Shown: positions 9,737 to 17,720 of the stretch, one piece after another
Numbering within the stretch: the stretch's first letter is position 1
Layout: each line of letters starts with the position of its first letter
Origin: a virus
Taxonomy: Duplodnaviria; Caudoviricetes
DNA: 48,664 bases
Reading direction: 5' to 3' (one strand)
IMG/VR virus record: IMGVR_UViG_3300037470_000325
Coordinates: 1-48,664 of that record
Position numbers and translations under genes: made by a program
Notes under the pieces: model-generated
What the model saw: the letters and a program-made list of their open reading frames with translations, nothing else
Databases searched by the model: none
Told to the model about the DNA's origin: nothing

Positions 9737-9795
9737 TTCATCCGACCAGGGAAAGGGGCGATCCGTGAAGACCGCCCCAATCCCTAACTTTCCCT

Positions 9796-9928
9796 ATACG
9801 TTGCCTGAGAATTATGGTGACAAAGAAGTAGGGGAATACCCAAGAAGTCTTTGCCTATAATAGATAGAAAACTCCCAAACCCCACAGAAAGGGAGTTGTG
9901 ACTCAAAAAAGGTTCTCAGACAACGCAT
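9796..9928 (-). ncRNA. Candidate structured RNA (three-way junction) on the minus strand
   Basis: Stems 9796-9811/9913-9928, 9819-9826/9848-9855 and 9870-9876/9891-9897. All three mismatches are G-U pairs only on the minus strand. Confidence 0.45.
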
Positions 9929-9998
9929 AAAGTAGGTTCCTTACAATCTCATAATAAAACACTTTTGGGCATAACACAATAGTTTCAGGTGGATATGC

Positions 9999-10090
9999 TG
10001 TGAATAACCACTTGACTTTAAATACTTTTGTTTTCTCTTATCCTTAAGTGGATAAGTTTTCTTTTTCTTCTACGATAGGTATGGTACCCT
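9999..10090 (+). promoter_or_regulatory. Early control region with DnaA-box-like 9-mers, TTGACT and the shared CGATAGGTATGG motif
   Basis: TGTGAATAA 9999-10007, TTGACT 10012-10017, AGTGGATAA 10047-10055, CGATAGGTATGGTA 10073-10086. The region is AT-rich intergenic DNA. Confidence 0.5.
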
Positions 10091-10135
10091 CTTTATAGAG
10101 GTCGATGATTAATAGTTTAACCTGCGCTATACACT

Positions 10136-10375
10136 ATGCTTATAGAAATTATTGTCAGGGACTCTAAGAATACTCCAATTGCTACAAGACGTTTTGAGGA
10201 TTTTGAAGGTGCCTTTGAAGGTCTTGAACAAGTCGAGGGTGAGTACAAATCTGTTGTTTGTAGTCACTGTTTAGGTTTTGGAACTTCACGAACTCCTGCG
10301 GTTCAAATCGCCGGGGAGATTGTGGACGAAGAGAGCTCTGACTGTCCTAAGTGTGGTGGTTCCGGAATCGTATGA
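10136..10375 (+). CDS. Small Zn-finger protein (DnaJ-type CxxCxGxG repeats)
   Basis: CSHCLGFG and CPKCGGSG. Confidence 0.6.
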   Translation: MLIEIIVRDSKNTPIATRRFEDFEGAFEGLEQVEGEYKSVVCSHCLGFGTSRTPAVQIAGEIVDEESSDCPKCGGSGIV

Positions 10376-11250
10376 TTAAAACAGAACCCCTTTATACTCT
10401 CGAGGAATCTAATATCCCCGAGCTTTCCAGGTTCGTTGATCGTCAGGGAAACTGGAACTACTATGTACACAAAGAACACGGTCTTTTGCCGTCTGTTACT
10501 TACATTACCGACATTGGAATCAACAAAGGTGTCGGTTTTGTGCAGTATCTTCTCTCCGTTTCTAAGGAGGAATCCAGGAAGCTTTTAGAGGAGACTGGTG
10601 AGCGTGGATCCAGAACGCATCGAGCTATAACAAACCTCCTCGAAGGAGAGTTGGTTGAGCTTGGGCAGATGTTCCATAATCGCCACACCGGCAAGAACGA
10701 ACCGCTTGATGAGATTGAGTGGCAAAACCTTTTGGCCTTTGACCAATGGGTCCGGGACTTCGCTCCGAATACTTATTTTTCGGAGGTTGCTGTCTACTAC
10801 ACCTGGAGGACGCGCTTGGCTGGTACTCTCGATTGGTACGGAACTATCAATGTTCCCGAGAAGACCGCCTACCTCACGGTCAAAGGTGGTCAGATCGTCA
10901 AAGAGAAGTTCAAGAAAGATACTCGGATCAAGGTTCTCTTGGATTGGAAAACCACAAGCGGAATCTACAAGAGCCACTACGTACAGGTGAGTGCTTACTT
11001 TAAGGCCCTCACTAAGATGATTAAGGACAAGGAGTACAAAGCACCTACGCCTGTTTTTGCAGGTGTGGTTCGGCTTGGTACGCGCCATAAGTCAGGCTAC
11101 GAGATGGTTCTATTCGATAAGAAGGCGGTCAATTATTACTACGATCGCTTCCTTTCGGCCTACAAACTGGTCGATGATGAACTCTTGTCCGAACAGCCGG
11201 CGATCGAGACTATCCCGGTACAGATACAAGTTGATATTCCAAAATTATGA
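10372..11250 (+). CDS. PD-(D/E)XK exonuclease (Cas4/RecB-like phage recombination nuclease)
   Basis: LPSVT, GSRTH, AGTLD, LLDWKT and QVSAY motifs. Start moved to the ATG at 10372 (ATGA overlap). Confidence 0.8.
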   Translation: MIKTEPLYTLEESNIPELSRFVDRQGNWNYYVHKEHGLLPSVTYITDIGINKGVGFVQYLLSVSKEESRKLLEETGERGSRTHRAITNLLEGELVELGQMFHNRHTGKNEPLDEIEWQNLLAFDQWVRDFAPNTYFSEVAVYYTWRTRLAGTLDWYGTINVPEKTAYLTVKGGQIVKEKFKKDTRIKVLLDWKTTSGIYKSHYVQVSAYFKALTKMIKDKEYKAPTPVFAGVVRLGTRHKSGYEMVLFDKKAVNYYYDRFLSAYKLVDDELLSEQPAIETIPVQIQVDIPKL

Positions 11251-11435
11251 AGTCATATTGTTGTAATGCCAATCTCATCGCAGGAGTCCAATGTGAATCC
11301 TGTGGTGCGGACGGCAGAATAGTAAAATTAGAAGTTAAGCACATTGATGATGACGATACAGTTGATTCGCGAGGGTTACCTCGCAAGACAGGGCGCATGG
11401 GTGTCGATCCATCCGTCAAGAACAATCGCGATTAG
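11247..11435 (+). CDS. Small Cys-containing hypothetical protein
   Basis: 62 aa, CC...CESC, ATGA-coupled to the upstream gene. Confidence 0.5.
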   Translation: MKSYCCNANLIAGVQCESCGADGRIVKLEVKHIDDDDTVDSRGLPRKTGRMGVDPSVKNNRD

Positions 11436-11455
11436 TAGATTAATTAAGAAACTAT

Positions 11456-12076
11456 ATGAGCTTCGATGAAGAAATAGAAGAGGCAGAGCAAGAGACTTCT
11501 TCCGGTTCCGGAGGATGGATCGCGCTACAGGTTGGGGATAATCTTCTTAGGATTCTTTCAGAGCCTAAGAAATTCAAGCAACGCTTCGGTCATGGCATCT
11601 GCTATGAGGGAGCCGAGTATTGTGACGAGAAGTTGATTGCCGAGGAGAACAAGGAGCGCGAGAAGGAGGGTAAGGATCCTATCAGATTGAGTGTTAAGTT
11701 CCTTACTTGGGCTTGGGATTACTCGTATGAATCTCTGAAGTTGTTTTCTATGCCGTTTAGCGTAGCAAAGCAGTTGAGTGAGTTTAAAAGAGAAGACCCC
11801 GAGCAAGGTTATGGTTTTTCTGGATGGCCTATACCTTACGACATCAACATAAAAAACACCGGCAAGGGTGGTGATCGCTACACCGTTGTTCCGGCCAAGA
11901 ATAGCCAAGAGATTTCCGAGGAGGTTATCGGACAGCTTGAGATGGAGAACACTCCGGAGGAGGTTATTGAGTCTATGGAAGCCAAAGCCAGGAGGACCGG
12001 AGGAAAGTCAGAGGAGCCTGTCGAGCATCCTACAGCCGAAGACGAGGACATTAATCCGGACGACATACCGTTCTAA
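11456..12076 (+). CDS. Single-stranded DNA-binding protein (phage type)
   Basis: Acidic tail ending DDIPF; GDNLLRIL and YDINIKNTGKG...YTVVP motifs. Next to the exonuclease. Confidence 0.7.
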   Translation: MSFDEEIEEAEQETSSGSGGWIALQVGDNLLRILSEPKKFKQRFGHGICYEGAEYCDEKLIAEENKEREKEGKDPIRLSVKFLTWAWDYSYESLKLFSMPFSVAKQLSEFKREDPEQGYGFSGWPIPYDINIKNTGKGGDRYTVVPAKNSQEISEEVIGQLEMENTPEEVIESMEAKARRTGGKSEEPVEHPTAEDEDINPDDIPF

Positions 12077-12078
12077 GT

Positions 12079-12222
12079 ATGGCAGGTCAGATAAAATTTC
12101 CAGCCCCTATTTGTTTTCCGTCCATAAAGGACTTGGAAGATATCCGCGATCCAGAGGATAGGGAGGCTGCGCGCTTACTAGCGATTAAGATTCTCGGGAA
12201 TCACATCGAGGGGGAGGAGTAG
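12079..12222 (+). CDS. 47-aa hypothetical protein
   Basis: MAGQIKFPAPICFPSIKDLEDIRDPEDREAARLLAIKILGNHIEGEE, starting 2 nt after the SSB stop. Confidence 0.5.
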   Translation: MAGQIKFPAPICFPSIKDLEDIRDPEDREAARLLAIKILGNHIEGEE

Positions 12223-12306
12223 CTTCTCCCTCTCCCTCCTTGATACGCAGGTTTCGAGGGGGGAATGGGGGAATCTACTGAACGAGGGTTCACTAGGTTT
12301 GTTCTT

Positions 12307-12599
12307 TGAAAGCTGGGGTGGCGGAATAGGTAGACGCTAAACGTAAAAATAAGTCAAATCCTGGTGTGGGGGAGTGTGAAAAGTAACCATAAAAACCGAG
12401 TCCAGGTGGTGAAATCTAGCGATGTTTGGTTTCGGGCATAAAGTCTGGGGACGCAGTAGAGTCCACACTGAAACCGAGTTAGTCCAAACGAAAACTTATT
12501 TATGCAAGGTGACGATACGAGTAAAAATAACGAGCTTGGGCGAAAGGCTGTCGCGCCCTTTGGTTAAGCCTCTCGTCAAATCCTTGCCCCCAGCTTTCA
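12307..12599 (+). ncRNA. tRNA-scaffold ncRNA with expanded anticodon-arm and T-loop insertions
   Basis: Acceptor-like stem 12307-12318/12588-12599 (12 bp, perfect); Leu-type D arm TGGCGGAATAGGTAGACGC; T stem GCAAGG 12504-12509 / CCTTGC 12582-12587 preceded by AAAT. Confidence 0.7.
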
Positions 12600-12637
12600 G
12601 CGCACAAGTTGAATATTATAAACTAAACAAGCCAACA

Positions 12638-13432
12638 ATGAACATTAGACCTGATTTTTTAACAATACCGTTTGATTTGTATGAGAATGATCAAATAACC
12701 TCACTAGATCGTGATGTTTATGCCATTATTTACTTCTTTTCTAAGATGAGAAATGAGAAATGTACCGCCGGAAACGAGACTATTGCTGATATTTTAAGAG
12801 TAAGCGCCGGCTCGGTCAGTAATAGTCTGACCAAACTCGAGGAAGAAGGCTTTGTAAAGCGGTTATTTGATGACCCAGCCACTAAAAAGGTCCGTAAGGA
12901 GATCGTTCCTTTGGTGTTTATGGGCAAGTTCTCTAAGAAGGAGGTTTCATCACACGATGATACTAGGTTTCATCGTACAATGAATCAGGTTTCATCACAC
13001 GATGAACATATAAGTAATAGTAATAAAGGAAAAGAATGGAATTCTTCTTTTTCAAAGAAGAATTCACCACAGAAATCTCGAATGACGGTATATGATGAAA
13101 CAAAGAGTTCCGATTCTTACGAGGAAGCTATCGATGCCGACTCTGGTGAGGAGTTGGCTGGGGAAGAGCGCGCGGAAGGTAGGAACTTCGTGGCCCTGCG
13201 CTTAAACCGTCTATTCTCTAAGAAGGCCGAGAAGGAGACAGGGGTTAAGCCTGTGTCCAATAAGAAGGGATACACGATGCTTTGTAGGCTCTTAAAGGAT
13301 ATGTCTGAGGAAGAACTTTCCTCGCTTATGGACGATTGGTTTGACGAGCCCCTGCCGGATGAGGAGCTTATTCAGGTAACAAGATGCCTTTCAAGTTACA
13401 ATGTAAATAAATGGAGAGTGGAAAATGACTAA
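12638..13432 (+). CDS. Replication initiator (lambda O-like, N-terminal winged HTH)
   Basis: HTH NETIADILRVSAGSVSNSLTKLEEEGFV, internal iterons, helicase gene immediately downstream. Start taken at ATG 12638. Confidence 0.75.
   Translation: MNIRPDFLTIPFDLYENDQITSLDRDVYAIIYFFSKMRNEKCTAGNETIADILRVSAGSVSNSLTKLEEEGFVKRLFDDPATKKVRKEIVPLVFMGKFSKKEVSSHDDTRFHRTMNQVSSHDEHISNSNKGKEWNSSFSKKNSPQKSRMTVYDETKSSDSYEEAIDADSGEELAGEERAEGRNFVALRLNRLFSKKAEKETGVKPVSNKKGYTMLCRLLKDMSEEELSSLMDDWFDEPLPDEELIQVTRCLSSYNVNKWRVEND
12942..13065. repeat. Putative replication origin: three 19-bp iterons, AT-rich tract and a 12-bp inverted repeat
   Basis: AGGTTTCATCACACGATGA at 12942 and 12987, variant AGGTTTCATCGTACAATGA at 12965; GAATTCTTCTTT-ttc-AAAGAAGAATTC at 13039-13065. 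Confidence 0.75.
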
Positions 13433-14309
13433 CATAATCAAAGACCCTAAAGAGATATTGAAGCTTGAAGAGGAGCTCGCGAATTACGAAGGCGAGGATC
13501 GTGTGGTTTCCTCCCACGAGCTTGCAGAGGAGTTTTCAAAGACCGAAGATTCTGTCTTCAGGTATCAGTTGGGCATCCCCACAATCGACCGGCTACTTGA
13601 TGGAGTTGAGGGTGGAGAGCTTGTGGAGATTATCGGGCCATCCGGAGAGGGTAAATCGACTTTGATGATGACCCTTACCCGAAACCTAGCGGATGCCGGT
13701 GTCCGGTTTGTTTGGTTCTCGCTTGAGGTTACTCCCCGGCAATTCCTTAACAAGCTTAAGAAGCAGTCCGATCGTGAGCTTCCGCTTTTCTATATGCCAG
13801 CTAAAAACAACGCCGACCACTTTAAATGGCTTGAGCAGAGGATTGTCGAGGCGGTTGTTAAGTACAACGTTCAGGCGGTTTTCATTGATGACTTGCACTC
13901 GATCTACTCTCTCTATGAGATGAACAACCAGAACAGCTCACTTAATTTCGGGCATCTCGCCACGATGATTAAGGATATTGCTTTGGCCCACAATGTAGTT
14001 CTCTTTCTTCAGGCGCACACAGCCGACAACAAAACCGCACCCACGGCAGAGCCTAGGAAAGAGGATGTTCGGGATTCCGGTTTGATTATTCGCAAGGCTG
14101 ACACGGTGCTAGGTATTTGGAGAGTGAACAACGATGCGGACAAGGCGATGAAAAACAAGCGCCCCAAGGATCTTGAGGAAACGGACACTTGGTCCAAGAT
14201 TAAGGTGCTGAAGAATAGGCGCGAGGGTACGGTTGGGTTCTGTATAGTCGATCATCAGAACCATTATTTGAAAGAAATAGACCCACACGATGAAGACATC
14301 GATTGGTGA
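13425..14309 (+). CDS. DnaB-like (SF4) replicative helicase, motor domain
   Basis: Walker A GPSGEGKST; FSLE; Walker B VFIDD; DVRDSG...ADTVL; KNR. Confidence 0.85.
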   Translation: MTNIIKDPKEILKLEEELANYEGEDRVVSSHELAEEFSKTEDSVFRYQLGIPTIDRLLDGVEGGELVEIIGPSGEGKSTLMMTLTRNLADAGVRFVWFSLEVTPRQFLNKLKKQSDRELPLFYMPAKNNADHFKWLEQRIVEAVVKYNVQAVFIDDLHSIYSLYEMNNQNSSLNFGHLATMIKDIALAHNVVLFLQAHTADNKTAPTAEPRKEDVRDSGLIIRKADTVLGIWRVNNDADKAMKNKRPKDLEETDTWSKIKVLKNRREGTVGFCIVDHQNHYLKEIDPHDEDIDW

Positions 14310-14712
14310 GATAATTTATGACGTAGTTGGTATGGATCCGATTGCTTCTGACTTGGGAGCGGATATGTTTGAATACCAAGAAATCCACGAAAAGTACCAG
14401 AAGCTTTGTGATTGGCTCGACCAAAACCTCCCCAACCACTTGGAGGTCGTGAGGAGGGCTGTTTTGGGGGCCTCAGAGGCTCACATTGCGTTTTTATGGG
14501 AGAAAGGTATCAAGAGTCGCACCGAGGGTATTCCGTTCAAGGAGCGCCAAATCTTGCCCCAAATACGTGCCGGTGAGCGCTTCATACAGGAGGTTAAGAA
14601 TTTGAAGTATCATCCGGCCCGGAAGTGGGCGCAGTTCTCCGATGTTCCTCTGCTTAAGAAGGACCCGGATTTATTTATTAGGATTAACTTATTTCGCATA
14701 TGTCAGAAATAG
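14290..14712 (+). CDS. Hypothetical protein
   Basis: 140-aa ORF overlapping both neighbours in the operon. Confidence 0.55.
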   Translation: MKTSIGEIIYDVVGMDPIASDLGADMFEYQEIHEKYQKLCDWLDQNLPNHLEVVRRAVLGASEAHIAFLWEKGIKSRTEGIPFKERQILPQIRAGERFIQEVKNLKYHPARKWAQFSDVPLLKKDPDLFIRINLFRICQK

Positions 14713-15158
14713 TCATCAGTGAGTGGTATGAAGGCCTTAAGGACGAGCTTGAGGCGGCTCTAATTGAAACCCGAAAGCAGTTAGGGGATTTCGTTATCCA
14801 TCAGAAGTACATCCTGGGAGAGATTATCGATCGGAACTTTAAGCTTGCTCCGGATGACACCGGCATCACGGAGGTGGTTGATACGCTTGCTAAGGATTTG
14901 GAATGCTCCGATCGCCTCTTGTGGCATTCTAAGGAGTTCTTTGAGCTTGTCGGTCCACGGCCGGTTGAGGTCTGGCTTCTTGAGCAACCCCAGGATAAGG
15001 TGCGGAACTGGACAGCTATCCGCACGAACTTCCTGACCAATGGCGAGGAGATCACCCGAGGTCCCAATCCTAAGAAAATCGCCGAAGGAATTGTCAACCG
15101 GCACGGACTCACGCTTGCAGAGAAGATTCGCGATGAGCTTAGTATTATTTTAGATTAG
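14700..15158 (+). CDS. Hypothetical protein (weak resemblance to the DUF1016 N-terminal region)
   Basis: LGEII...VVDTLAKDL...SDRLLWHSKEFF pattern. Confidence 0.5.
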   Translation: MSEIVISEWYEGLKDELEAALIETRKQLGDFVIHQKYILGEIIDRNFKLAPDDTGITEVVDTLAKDLECSDRLLWHSKEFFELVGPRPVEVWLLEQPQDKVRNWTAIRTNFLTNGEEITRGPNPKKIAEGIVNRHGLTLAEKIRDELSIILD

Positions 15159-15171
15159 ATAATTATGAGAG

Positions 15172-15214
15172 AGTGGATAACTCCACTTGACACACCATAG
15201 GTATGGATTAAGAT
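15172..15214 (+). promoter_or_regulatory. sigma70-like promoter TTGACA-N16-TAAGAT with the CCATAGGTATGG palindrome and an upstream DnaA-box-like site
   Basis: AGTGGATAA 15172-15180, TTGACA 15187-15192, palindrome 15195-15206, TAAGAT 15209-15214. A long leader hairpin follows at about 15222-15292. Confidence 0.65.
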
Positions 15215-15299
15215 ATGTTCAGGGTAGAGAGAAGCGCAGGTCGGCGATCCGGGCTATCTAGGTCGCTCGATACGGCTTCTCATCTTCTACCCTAAACAT

Positions 15300-15680
15300 A
15301 TGAAGTATTTACTTCTCACACCATTGATCTTTCTTTTATACGCTTTTCCGTATACATATCGGTATGAGAAGAAGGTATGTGATTATGTCCCCGAAGTCGT
15401 CCGGAGGGAGAAAGCCATCATAAGTGCTTATTCATCCACTCCGGACCAAACTTGGGGGGATCCGTTTATCACAGCCTCAGGGGAAAGGGTCCGCGATGGA
15501 GTGATTGCGAACAACTGCTTGCCGTTTGGTTCCGAGGTCGAGATAAGTGGCAAGACCTACATCGTTCTTGATCGTATGAATTCCCGGTACTCTTGTGAGT
15601 ACTACGATTTATGGATGGGGACTCGCGAAGAGGCTCTCCAGTTCGGACGGCAGGAGTTATTAATTAGTTTTGATTCATGA
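15300..15680 (+). CDS. 3D-domain protein (MltA-like peptidoglycan-active domain) with N-terminal membrane/signal segment
   Basis: SAYSS...ITASG...GVIANNCLPFGSEVEI...VLDRM...YDLWM. Confidence 0.75.
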   Translation: MKYLLLTPLIFLLYAFPYTYRYEKKVCDYVPEVVRREKAIISAYSSTPDQTWGDPFITASGERVRDGVIANNCLPFGSEVEISGKTYIVLDRMNSRYSCEYYDLWMGTREEALQFGRQELLISFDS

Positions 15681-15853
15681 AGCCTATCATTTTAATTATT
15701 TTTATCTTCGTCGTTATGATCGCCTTGCTGGCTGCCGTGTTTGTTGTGGGTTTTAACAAGTCTATGAGTACCCCTCCGTGTCCAGAGTATGCCCATCACA
15801 GGCTTTCAGTGATCCCGGCTCGGTGTGCTAGTTATTTTTTACAAGCTAACTAG
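15677..15853 (+). CDS. 58-aa membrane protein
   Basis: MKPIILIIFIFVVMIALLAAVFVVGF...; ATGA overlap with the upstream gene. Confidence 0.55.
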   Translation: MKPIILIIFIFVVMIALLAAVFVVGFNKSMSTPPCPEYAHHRLSVIPARCASYFLQAN

Positions 15854-15858
15854 AACCT

Positions 15859-16149
15859 ATGAGAGAAATTAAGTTTAGAGGTTATGAGACAGAATTAAAA
15901 GCGTGGATTTACTTTACGATTGGTGAGAGATATTCAGTCAATATTGATACTAAAAGTATTGGTCAATACACAGGACTCAAAGATAAGAATGGAAAGGAGA
16001 TATTTGAAGGGGATATAGTGAAAAGGTTTGATGACGATGAAAAACCAGAACAAGTCATTTGGGGTGATTTTAACTGTAGAGAGTGGAACGAGAAGGGGTT
16101 AGAAATTATCGGCAACATCTGGGAAAATCTCGAACTATTAGCTAACTAG
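15859..16149 (+). CDS. YopX-family protein
   Basis: MREIKFRG...GQYTGLKDKNGKEIFEGDIV...EIIGNIWEN. Confidence 0.9.
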   Translation: MREIKFRGYETELKAWIYFTIGERYSVNIDTKSIGQYTGLKDKNGKEIFEGDIVKRFDDDEKPEQVIWGDFNCREWNEKGLEIIGNIWENLELLAN

Positions 16150-16156
16150 AACCACT

Positions 16157-17140
16157 ATGAAACCAAAATGTAAAGTTGAGAATTGCCAAAATGAACGAGA
16201 GCTTTACGCCGACGGAGATGAAGATGTCTTGAGTGAGTATTGTGCTTTTCATGGAGAATCACATATGCAACCAAACAACAAGACAGTGGAGGAGAGAGAG
16301 GAACAATTTCGTAAAGAGTTTGACAAACTCGGTCTGAAACCACCCAAAAACAGTATGCCAAACTTAGAGCGTGAGCTTATTATAGATTTTTGGAGAAAAG
16401 CCCTCTCAGAGCGAGACAAAAAATGGCAGAAAATCCTCGCCGACAAAGAAAAACACTGGAAACTGCGGGAGAGGCTGGTGATTAAGGAGGTGAGGGAGGA
16501 GATACTGAATCAGTTGAGTAGCCAATCGTTACACGCAGAAGTTATTAGAGAGACACTTGGGCACGGACATCACTATTCAACTATGCCTGTTGTTGCGGGA
16601 ATTGTGGGTAAATTAAAAGAAAAACTAACTCCACAACCTATGAAACAAGAACTACAAAAGGAGGAGGGGAAGAAGATACTAGATGCATGTTGTGGTGGTA
16701 GGATGTTTTGGTTCAATAAAAATCATCCCGATGCTTTGTTTATAGATATTCGTGAGGAGCAGGATTTTCAGACTGGAAAAGGCGTAGACAACAGGCACAG
16801 GGCAATAAGACCAGATAAGGTAATGGACTTCCGTAAAATGGACCTGCCTGACAACACCTTCTCACTTGTGGTCTTTGACCCCCCACACCTAAAGATAGGC
16901 AGAAAGTCTTACTTTGCCCAAATCTACGGGTCCCTTGAAGATACTTGGCAAGAGGATATTCGAAAGGGTTTTGCCGAGTGTTTTCGGGTTCTCAAAAAAG
17001 ATGGGGTGCTTATCTTTAAGTGGAACGAGAGCGATATCCCATTACGAGAGATACTTGCCCTTACACCGGTAGAGCCATTATTCGGGCATCGTTCCGGCAA
17101 GGCGCAGAAAACTCATTGGATAACATTTATGAACTTATGA
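16157..17140 (+). CDS. Phage SAM-dependent (probable DNA amino-) methyltransferase with N-terminal extension; the MTase may start at ATG 16640
   Basis: ILDACCGGRMFWF (motif I), VVFDPPH (motif IV), ECFRVLK. Confidence 0.8.
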   Translation: MKPKCKVENCQNERELYADGDEDVLSEYCAFHGESHMQPNNKTVEEREEQFRKEFDKLGLKPPKNSMPNLERELIIDFWRKALSERDKKWQKILADKEKHWKLRERLVIKEVREEILNQLSSQSLHAEVIRETLGHGHHYSTMPVVAGIVGKLKEKLTPQPMKQELQKEEGKKILDACCGGRMFWFNKNHPDALFIDIREEQDFQTGKGVDNRHRAIRPDKVMDFRKMDLPDNTFSLVVFDPPHLKIGRKSYFAQIYGSLEDTWQEDIRKGFAECFRVLKKDGVLIFKWNESDIPLREILALTPVEPLFGHRSGKAQKTHWITFMNL

Positions 17141-17469
17141 CAGCACCTAAACCAACACCCAAAACTATAAATGAGCGAAAGGACTGGAGAGATAAGTTTG
17201 ACGAGCTTTTTTACCAAAAGAATCGTGTTTGGTATTCTCGCAGTGGTGAGAGCTATGGAAGTGAAACGCCAGAAATGGGGAGAGGGGAGTTGTTCAGATT
17301 TATTCAGTCCACCCTCACACAGCAACTTGAAGAAGTGGAGAGGGAAGCAAGAGAGTTGATTGAGGAGTATGAGGTAAGAAAGAATGGTAAGAGGTTGCTT
17401 TGCGAACAAAACGCTATAATGTTGGAAATAAAACACCGCCTCTCCACCTTTATAAATAAACTAAAGTAG
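17137..17469 (+). CDS. Hypothetical protein
   Basis: ATGA-coupled start at 17137; 110 aa. Confidence 0.5.
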   Translation: MTAPKPTPKTINERKDWRDKFDELFYQKNRVWYSRSGESYGSETPEMGRGELFRFIQSTLTQQLEEVEREARELIEEYEVRKNGKRLLCEQNAIMLEIKHRLSTFINKLK

Positions 17470-17471
17470 GT

Positions 17472-17717
17472 ATGAAATTGTGTCAAAATAATTATAAAGG
17501 CAAGTGGTTTGTTTTGAGCGATGAACCTGATGATATGTATGGCGACATTGGCACCATTGATTCAGACGAAGTAAATCTTGAAGAACATGCAGATGCTTGT
17601 TTATATTATGGAATACCAATGTATTCTGGCTCTGATAAAGATTTTAACAAAAAATGCAACGAGGTGATGGTAAGAGCAATAGAAAGAGATGAAGAATCTT
17701 ACAAACTAAAGAAATAG
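17472..17717 (+). CDS. Hypothetical acidic protein
   Basis: 81-aa ORF in a tightly packed operon. Confidence 0.5.
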   Translation: MKLCQNNYKGKWFVLSDEPDDMYGDIGTIDSDEVNLEEHADACLYYGIPMYSGSDKDFNKKCNEVMVRAIERDEESYKLKK

Positions 17718-17720
17718 TAT

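Noticed and set aside
12338-12503. Group I intron in a tRNA-Leu
   Set aside because: TAGTCC/GAGTCC resemble the S element, but there is no GACT partner for P7, the insert is short, and removing it does not restore a normal anticodon arm. The T loop is also interrupted.
12307-12599. tmRNA or a functional canonical tRNA
   Set aside because: No G3-U70 alanine identity, no CCA end, and no 7-nt anticodon loop. It also has a full D stem, unlike tmRNA.
12422-12637. 72-codon N-terminal extension of the initiator in the ORF track
   Set aside because: It runs through the structured RNA. ATG 12638 gives a typical initiator N-terminus.
12942-13005. CRISPR mini-array
   Set aside because: The repeats are separated by only 3-4 nt, lie in a coding region, and no cas operon is present. 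The PD-(D/E)XK gene is in a recombination context.
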